Shown in pieces: positions 55,291-64,000 of a DNA stretch of 64,000 nucleotides. The position numbers and the translations under genes were made by a program. The stretch's first letter is position 1; each line of letters opens with the position of its first letter. The notes under the pieces are model-generated. The model worked only from the letters and a program-made list of their open reading frames with translations, was not told the DNA's origin and did no database searches. The stretch comes from the human T2T-CHM13v2.0 reference genome, Homo sapiens. Location of the stretch: the NCBI GenBank assembly GCA_009914755.4, contig CP068257.2:33024001-33088000 (forward strand). Reading direction: 5' to 3'.

Positions 55291-56439
55291 TATCATTATC
55301 ACTTTCATCATTACCATTATTATTTTGCAACATAACCATTTTGCTCATCATCACATTTGTAAAAGACAGAACTGGAATCTGCGATCTTCTTAAGGCCTCA
55401 GGTGTATTATTTTGAGAAATGCATGTAATTATGTATCTCCTTTTTAGAATGAGAATTGGGGGCATGTTCCAAGGTGGCATGTATGAATCGATACTGATCT
55501 TTTGATCTCTAAATTCCTGGGACGCGGCACCCGTTCAGGTACACAGGGCACTCTTTTCTCACCAGCTGCTGATGGGTTGGGGATGCCTGCAGGGTCTTCT
55601 GATTGGACTTGGACAGAGATTCTTGCTTTTCTCTTTAATCCAGGGACAGTATAGAGGATCAAAGAGAAATTGCAGCCTTTGTTGAGAGTGATTTAGAGAT
55701 TCAGAAATGAGGAGGGCCTGGTGTCTGGCCCATTTGGGTGGTGCCCTTTGGTCTGGAGTGTCTGTCACAATTCTGGGGTAGGTTTGCCACCTGTGCTACG
55801 CCAGTGATTTTTTTAACTGCATCTCTAGTTGAGCTGAGCAGCAGACTTTTCCAAAGGTGGCCAAAGCCAGGAGGGGAAAGGCCGTCCCTGTATTAGCTGG
55901 TTCTCCACAGACTTGGGGAGTTTGTTAGGCTTGTCTTAAATTCTCATCTCTTCCCTGAACACTGACAGACCTCAGCCCTGTTTATCTGGTCCCTTCCCCT
56001 CCCCTCCCCTTCCCTTCTCTTCTCAGCAGCTGTTATTTCCCTATCTTTGGTCCCACCTCCTCAGCATTCAAAGTGTTAACCATCAAGTCTGATGGATGCA
56101 TCTATGCTGGTGTTTTCATTAGCGAGGAGCAAAGGCCTGCTTCTTGGTGAGGAAAACATCAACAATGGTATTTCCCCATCTAAAAATAAGGCTTTTATCT
56201 GGGCAGACAATAGGGTGACCAATAATCCCAGCTTGCCCAGGACTTAGGGGGAGATGGTGGGATTTTCAGTTTTAAAATCAGGACAGTCCTGGGCAAACCA
56301 GGGTGAGTTGGTCACGCAGTGATTGTCATTTTGGGTGGGTGGAGAAAGGAGCCCCTGACAGGCAAGCTGGGGAGACATTTGGGGATAGTTGAGGCCAGGA
56401 GAACTGCGGGGCCTGCCAAGGCTCTCCTTCAGGAGGAGT

Positions 56440-56745
56440 GGTTTTGCTGTCTCTGGCTGCCTGTGATGAGGAATCTCATAGGCCTGTGAGGACAGGGTTT
56501 TGCTGTCTTTATAGGAGCTCACTGTGATGAGGAATCTCATAGGCCTGTGAGGACAGGGTTTCGCTGTCTCTATAGGAGCTCACTGTGATAAGGAATCTCA
56601 TAGGCCTGTGAGGACAGGGTTTCGCTGTCTCTATAGGAGCTCACTGTGATGAGGAATCTCATAGGCCTGTGAGGACAGGGTTTCATTGTCTCTGTAGGAG
56701 CTGCCTGTAATGAGGAGTCTCATAGACCTGTGAGGACAGTGGTCA
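56440..56745. repeat. 61-bp minisatellite, ~5 copies
   Basis: Unit ctgtgatgaggaatctcataggcctgtgaggacagggtttcgctgtctctataggagctca repeated head-to-tail with a few substitutions. Confidence 0.9.
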
Positions 56746-56937
56746 TGTGCTCCATGATGTGAGTTTTCATGGGGTACCTTCCGTGGTCCTGGCCCTGTGC
56801 TTCCATGGGGAGTGGGAAGAAAATTCACATGGGCCACGCCACAAGGAGGCATTAGCACTTGTTCTGTAGGGAGGCTGACACTGTCCTGCTCTGAAGGAAT
56901 GTCACCTACAGGAAACAATTAGTAACCAATTGGGTGC

Positions 56938-57160
56938 TAAAGGAAGGAAGGAAGGACAGAAGGAAGGAAGGAAAGAGACAAAAGGAATGAAGGAGGAAGG
57001 AAGGGAGGGAGGGAGATAGGGAAGGGAAGGAAAGGGATGGAAGGAAGAAAGGAAAGAGAAAGACAGAAGGGAGGAAGGAAGGAAAGAGGAAGGAAGGAAG
57101 GAAGCAAGGAATGAAAGAGAAAGACAGACGGAAGGGAGGATGGAAGGAAGGAGAGCAGAT
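56938..57160. repeat. (GGAA)n / (AAGG)n purine-rich microsatellite, imperfect
   Basis: aaggaaggaaggaaggacagaaggaaggaaggaaagagac...ggaaggaaggaaggaagcaaggaatgaaag. Confidence 0.95.
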
Positions 57161-57805
57161 TATCCAAGGTCCTAAGTGTTGTGTCAGGCATTGTTCTAGG
57201 CGTCGTATGTGTACCATCTCATTTAATTCTTATCCAGCACTAAGAGGTAGGTACTATTATGCTTTCATTGTACATGAAGAAAGACAAGACACTAGAAGGT
57301 CAGGTGACTTGCCAGTGGTCACACTGCCTGGGAGCACTGTGATTCCAATTTGCATTTTAATAACATTCCAGCAGAATGACCTAAGGAAAATGGCATCTTA
57401 TCAGGGTTAACCTTGTCCAGGATACGGGTTAGGAATTCCAGCCAGAGAGACCCCCCAGGCCCGAGGCTCTGAGACCCGGCAAGAGTGGCTTCAAAAGCAG
57501 AAACGCTGTGCTGGGCAAGAGACTGATGATCAGGTAAAGGGTAGGGAAGAGTCCAGTTTCCATCTTGAGCACCAGGAAAAACAGTGGGGCCATTGAGTGG
57601 AGAGAGGAGAGCGAGAGAGAGAGCGCACTTTATTCTTTGAAGTCTATTTGCATCTTTGGCCAGGTTATTTAGCATCTCTGAAGTTCAGTTTCCTTGTTTA
57701 TAAAATGGGATGAATAATAGGACATGTCTTACACGATTTTAAGAGGATTAAATTCAACAACATCCACAAATGATTTAGAACCTTACCTGAAGTCAGAGTA
57801 GGTAG

Positions 57806-58146
<341 letters not shown>

Positions 58147-58792
58147 CTATTATCTGTTTTTAAAGTCACCTTAGAAATTGTTGCTTTTTGGAGGATATTC
58201 TCCTTAATTCCTGTTCTGCAAAGGAATGGGCTAGTTTGTTCCTCCTGCATCTTGTTATTGAAGCAGCATCGTTCGTAATACTAGAGGTTCGTTGCCTCAT
58301 GCCAAGGAAATCAAGGACACAGATACACGTGAAGTGAGGTTAAGAACGGAGGTTTAATAGGCAAAAGAAAGAGAAAAAAGAATAGCTCTCCTTCCTGCAG
58401 AGAGACAGGGGCACCCCAGTGGGTCTTCTGTTCCTGTGGTGAAGTGCATGGGGTTTTATAGACTGGCTTGAGGAGGTGGTGTTTGATTTAAATAGAGCCC
58501 AAAGATTGGTAGGACTGGGCATGATGTTTACATAGGGCAGGAAGAAGCTGGCTACCACCCCACCCTAATCTTTTTTTAAGCCGGCTGGAGCCACGTTGCC
58601 TGTTCCTTCACTGTACACGTGGTTGATAAAGCAAAGGGAAGATGGAGCCGCCATGTTGAACATACCTGGCCCCCAGGTGGCCTTTTCCTATTGTCACATC
58701 TGCCGGCATTCACCGGTGTCAGCTTCCAGCTTGCTTATCCGTGTTTGCAGCTTGATTTTATAGGCTGCTTTTTGTTAGAAAAGAAATGATTT

Positions 58793-59085
<293 letters not shown>

Positions 59086-59646
59086 TTATTAAAAGGGAAA
59101 CCTTAGTGAGGACTTCCTTACCTCACTACCTGCCTAAATAATTTCTTTTTAACTCCTGTATCATTATAACCCTTCTTCACGTGCTTCCGCATTCCCATGG
59201 TGTTGAACTTCAAGCTGTCATGGGGAGTGGCTGTGTTCTCCTCCCATTCCTTGGAATTCCCTCTCTTCGAGGGGGTGGTAGGAAAAGTCAGCCGCCCACT
59301 GCTCAGGCTTTCTTAACACCGACCCCAACAGTCAGAAGGGACCTTAGCCTTTTCACCGCTACAGAGGACTGTGGTGTCATTTCTGGAAAAGGAAGCAGTT
59401 CTCTGGACGCTTGCCACCTCCGCCACGGGTCAAGGTGTGCTCAGCCGTCCAGGTGAGCCCTTCTCTGGACCTTTCACAAGAGGTTTGTCTGGCTCCTAGA
59501 TACGAATGCCTGGCCAGGGATTTTTGCCTTTTTGTCTCCTGGCTGAAGATCTGTTTGCTTTGCAATTTAGAAAGGGACTTAAGTTTTTAATTTTCACTTG
59601 GAGTAGGTATAGGATGTGTTACTTTTTAGGAGAAAAAAAATCAGTG

Positions 59647-59917
<271 letters not shown>

Positions 59918-62900
59918 ATCAGTGGTTCTTTAAGGACTGCACAATTTGGCATAAAAATCTCACTAATTGAGGCTCGTTAAAAGGCACCCTGCACTCCGTA
60001 ATTGTCTGCTCTGGTGTGTTCAGGTTTGGAAGAGTAATGATGATGATGTTGATGATGATAATGACAATAATAGCTACCTTTATTGGGTGCCCAGGGATTC
60101 CAGTGTATCACACACAGATCTTGCATGATGTAGGTGCATGTATCCCTATTTTTTTAAAAAAGGGAGAAACTGAGGCTCAGGGAGAACAACTGAATCGCCC
60201 GAGGCCACACAATTAGTAAGTAGGGGGCCAAGGTTCCAACAGCTCTCCCTGGCTCCAACGCCAGCACCCATTCCCGTCCACCATGTTGCCTTGGAGAAAC
60301 CTGATGTTGCCTGAAAAGGGAAATTTCAACTCCTCAGGCAAATGGATAAACTCATAATTTTTTTTTAATTTACAGAACTATTCAAAATCAAGAAGTCTCA
60401 TCAATTTAAATATTGCATTTTAAGTTATAACCATCAGACTGGGGGCTGGGCACAGAAGGCAGCCTGGCGGACTTGCTGCGGGTGACTCAGGCCCTCTCAC
60501 TTTCTCTCCCACCTCCTCTTCTCCTCCTCCCGTAGATGTGACTCTCGGTGGGTGATCTCTTAGTAGTGAGAATTTGTGAACTTCTGGAAGGGAAAAAGCT
60601 CATGGACTTTGGCCCAGGAAAGAATGAGCAGGGAGGAGCTGTGAGGCACTTTCTACGGGGGACCCGGCCCCAGGCGCATGGGAGCCACTGGATTCAGGCC
60701 CCCGTCATTTTGTGAGCGTTTCCTGTGCTCTAGGAACACCCTGATGACCGAAGATGGGGGGCTGTTGACTCCGGAAACCCTCATAGAAAGGGGCAGAGAG
60801 ACCCCAGCTCCCCCACCTTTTCCTCGTGGAAGCAATGGAAGACCCAATAGGGCTGAAACCTGCCCGTGTCCCAGGACCGTCTGCAGGGGATGGGACAATC
60901 TCTGGGTCCTGTCTTGATCCAAATATCAGGCCTCCATGCAGAGGCGTGGGGGCGCAGGCTGGGGGCGTGGCGAGCAGCCAGGGCTCCCGCGTGTCTCTTT
61001 CACAAGCACCCGCCATTCCATATGCCAGATGCTGACAGTAATATCCCTCAGGCTCTCCTGGGTTGAGTTTACAACTCACACATTCCACGAGGGGTGTTCA
61101 TCAACCCCGTACGTCAACCCCCTAGCGTCAGTTGTACATGCAGTGAAATTTCCTGTGCTTCAGGGACTGACACCCAGCCTCCATGGGCAGGGCAGGCGCA
61201 GCGGAGGTGGGGAGGGCTGGCTGTGTGGCTTGAAGGCCAAGATCTTCCTGCTTGGCCACGAAATGCATGCTTGACTGCCAGTGTCCAAAGTGTGTGAGGC
61301 CACTGGGCATCCAGCAAAAGGCCGGGAAGGGATTCAGGGAAGTGTGTGGGTGGGACTGGGAGGAGGGAGTCACCTCCCGTCTGATCTGCCTTAACTCTTT
61401 CTCTCTGGCTTTTCATCAGTTTGGTTCAGCTGCCAACAGAGAGAGCCCTGGCTGGGTCTTCTGGCCCCTTTGTTCCCCTCTGAGGACAACTCTCTGGCCT
61501 CCCACACCTCACTCTGTCTCTGACTCTGGCCTCCTCTGGTCACCTACTGTTTTTATTCAGCCTGAAGTCCCCCTGGCACGCTGGAATGGAGCGGCCCATT
61601 ATCACTCACTCACTCTCCACATCCTGCGATGGCAAATCAGCTGCTTGCTCCCAGATCCCTCCACCAGACGCCATGTCTTTCTCCTGGTTTTCTGCAGGGA
61701 CTGGCATCCTTCCCTGCACACGGATGCATTTCCTGCCTCCTCGGTTGAAAGCCAGTTATCAGAAAATACCCAATTAAAATATTACCGCTTTGTGGCCTCT
61801 TTATCTTCTCTCCACCACCTCCAAATTGTTTTTCATTATATTTGGGCAGAGTAGAGAAAAGTGCTTACTTGATGGAACGTGTTCACCATGTAAGCCCACA
61901 CAGAATTTTCTAGAAAGATGGTAGAATCAAGAAGGTGGTAGGGGGTGGCTTGCTCTGGTGAGAAGGAGAGTGTGGGGTGTTGAGGAGCAGCCAGGAATGT
62001 CTTGGGGAGTCATCGCCCCGTCAGGTCTGCGTCGGGATGCCAGGTGTTTGGTCCTTTGAAGGCAGTGGTGGGGCAGAGAGCTGTCTAGTGGGAGGTGGCT
62101 GTGTGGGTGGTGCCCTGTACATGTAACTCCAGACCACTGGAGAGGCCATTTGCCTGAACAAAAAGAAGGAATTAAGAAAAAGGCCTTTTTTCTAAATTTG
62201 GGTAGAGTAAGCATGAAAAGAGCCGGCAGGAGAGTCTGTAATTTAGAGAGGGCGTGTGGTGAGGAGGAACTGGTGACCTCGTGGTGCCATTTGGACCCAT
62301 ACGACTCGGACCTTGGTGGGGAGCCCTGAGACAGGGAGGTTCACAAGGCCAGGACCCAGCAGAATCCCCAGGTTCTCAGATGACGAGGCTGGTATCCCGA
62401 GAGCTTTTCGGAATGTGGTGTCAGAGGCTTTGGAGGCACCGTTTCTTTCTTTCGAGAATTACCTTTGGAGGAACTCAACAAAGTTGAATTCGAAAGGCAA
62501 ACATGCAATTCTGGGTTATCCAAGCACCTAAGTCTTCGCTGGAAACAAGACACTCTACATTCTCAAACTGCTTACTTTGATTTGATCAGAAATGTATATG
62601 TACAAAAATTTCCTTCCTAAGCTGAGAATCCTGCTGAGAAATTTTAGCCCAGAGTGCACTTAGCCTGAGAGAGTTATCAGCACTGGGGGAAAATGAAGGC
62701 TGTGTATGATAAAATGTCCCAATTATGGCGACAGTGTCAGTTATTCCCTCGGAATATATGTCTTTATCCCATCATCTTGTCGGGCTAATGAATATGACCA
62801 AGGCCATCCTCTCCCATTATTGCTCAATAATGGGCAATGGAGATGGCGTATCTTCGCCTTTATTTTTGCTGGCACATCCAGGCCCTGAAGCACATTAAAG

Positions 62901-64000
62901 TAATAAAATTAGGCAGCAAGTCATCCCAGTCACTCCCACCATGTTCCCGTAACCCCCTCATTTACAACAGACTGAGACAGAAAGGAATTTTTTAGAGCAA
63001 TTTGCGATGAGGCAATACTGGATATGTAAATTCTGTTTTATTGGCAGTCACTGCTGCTGGCTAATTCTAAATGCCTAACAGCCTTTGGTTCACTAGCCAT
63101 GCTGGGTCGGGACACAGTTTGGTTTTAAGGCCACAAAGGGGGAAATGTATAATTGCAACTTTCTTCCGTGTCTTAAGCTGTGGCCGAACAGATATTGTCC
63201 CATCCTGTTTCTGGCCAGATGTTCCATTCCAGTGGCAGATCCGAGAAGGAGCCTGTTAAGAAGTTTAAGTTTTTACTGAGTTGGCTGACTAAGGCAGTTT
63301 TTATTTTTTGAAAAATTTATTGCTCCTACCGGCTTTATTCCCCCTAAAGAAGTAGCTGCCAGAGTTCAGGAAATAGCAAGAAAAACAATTTCAAGGGAAA
63401 TCACTAACTTGAGTTTGAGACCAGAGACCGAGCAGGCGGAGAGCCCCGTGCAATATAATTATTCTGCAGATGCCACGGTGGAAAGAGGCCACTGCAAGAA
63501 GGGTCCATTCCAGAGGCAGAGCTTTGTCTAGGGGTGCTTGAACAAGATGCCCCTCACTGGAACGGGACACACACACTCAGGAGAGATTTGCCACATACAC
63601 AGTGAGTTATAAGAGGGTTCCAAAAGTTAGAGAGACGGGAGAAAAAACGAACACAGTTGCCCCACTTCGCAGAACTTATTTTAGACTTTGCTGTGCTTCA
63701 TGTAACTACTATAAAAATGAGAGGTTTACAAGCTGCAGAGCAAGTCGGGACTGGCCAAAACATGCGTCCTTGCACTTTCTTCTCCCCGCTCCGCCTTTGC
63801 TTGGCTTGACTGCTCAAACCTGCAGTAGTTAAGAAAGTTCCACGGTTTAAGAGGGTTCCCAGGTCATCAGCCACTGGGAGTTTTCTCTGACTCAGCTCTG
63901 CACTTCCACTTGCTCCAGAACAGGGAGTGAGGAGGAGATGGGGGTGGCCTTCGAAATGGCCATAGGGTGGTGGGACCCCAAGGTGGGGAACAGCCTCAGG

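Noticed and set aside
56906-57217. Ser/Phe/Leu/Pro-rich ORFs on the minus strand
   Set aside because: Translation of the (GGAA)n/(TTCC)n microsatellite
61252-61854. 200-aa ORF, the longest non-repeat ORF outside exon 1
   Set aside because: No start context, no domain resemblance, and it overlaps other-frame ORFs in a GC-rich stretch. It behaves like chance open frame in GC-rich DNA. It is kept only as a possible regulatory region

Overview
This window is human genomic DNA, not a prokaryotic island. Roughly 18 Alu copies of different ages, an L1 copy with an internal deletion, old L1M fragments, MaLR (THE1/MST-type) LTR elements and MIRs make up a large part of it. I therefore reject the 'novel system' premise in the operon or defence-island sense.

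The one protein-coding feature is the very GC-rich first coding exon of CLIC6 (chloride intracellular channel 6; chr21q22.12 by recollection). It runs from ATG 27973 to a GTAAGC splice donor at 29347, sits inside a CpG island (~27.35-29.65 kb), and contains a 13-copy, 30-bp coding tandem repeat encoding the decapeptide GDSVDAEGPA. Upstream (1-27.9 kb) is repeat-rich flank with no recognisable gene; downstream (29.35-64 kb) should be CLIC6 intron 1. I could not find exon 2 (expected to encode AGSDGESIGNCPFSQRLFM...) by eye in this window.

The findings most worth a second look:
- The near-identical higher-order structure of the CLIC6 coding repeat, which predicts copy-number polymorphism.
- A young AluYb8-type insertion with an 11-bp TSD (59.65 kb).
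- An inverted paralogous segment that acts as an empty site for an AluY insertion (23.2 vs 25.6 kb).
- Two Alus reusing one TTTAAAA target inside an LTR (52.5-53.1 kb).
- A complete 2.3-kb MaLR provirus (37.67-39.99 kb).
- Several minisatellites.
- Repeat-free, motif-dense blocks in the intron that could be conserved regulatory elements.
- A CpG-retaining block at 46.84-47.2 kb.

All family assignments rest on recall of consensus sequences and were not searched.
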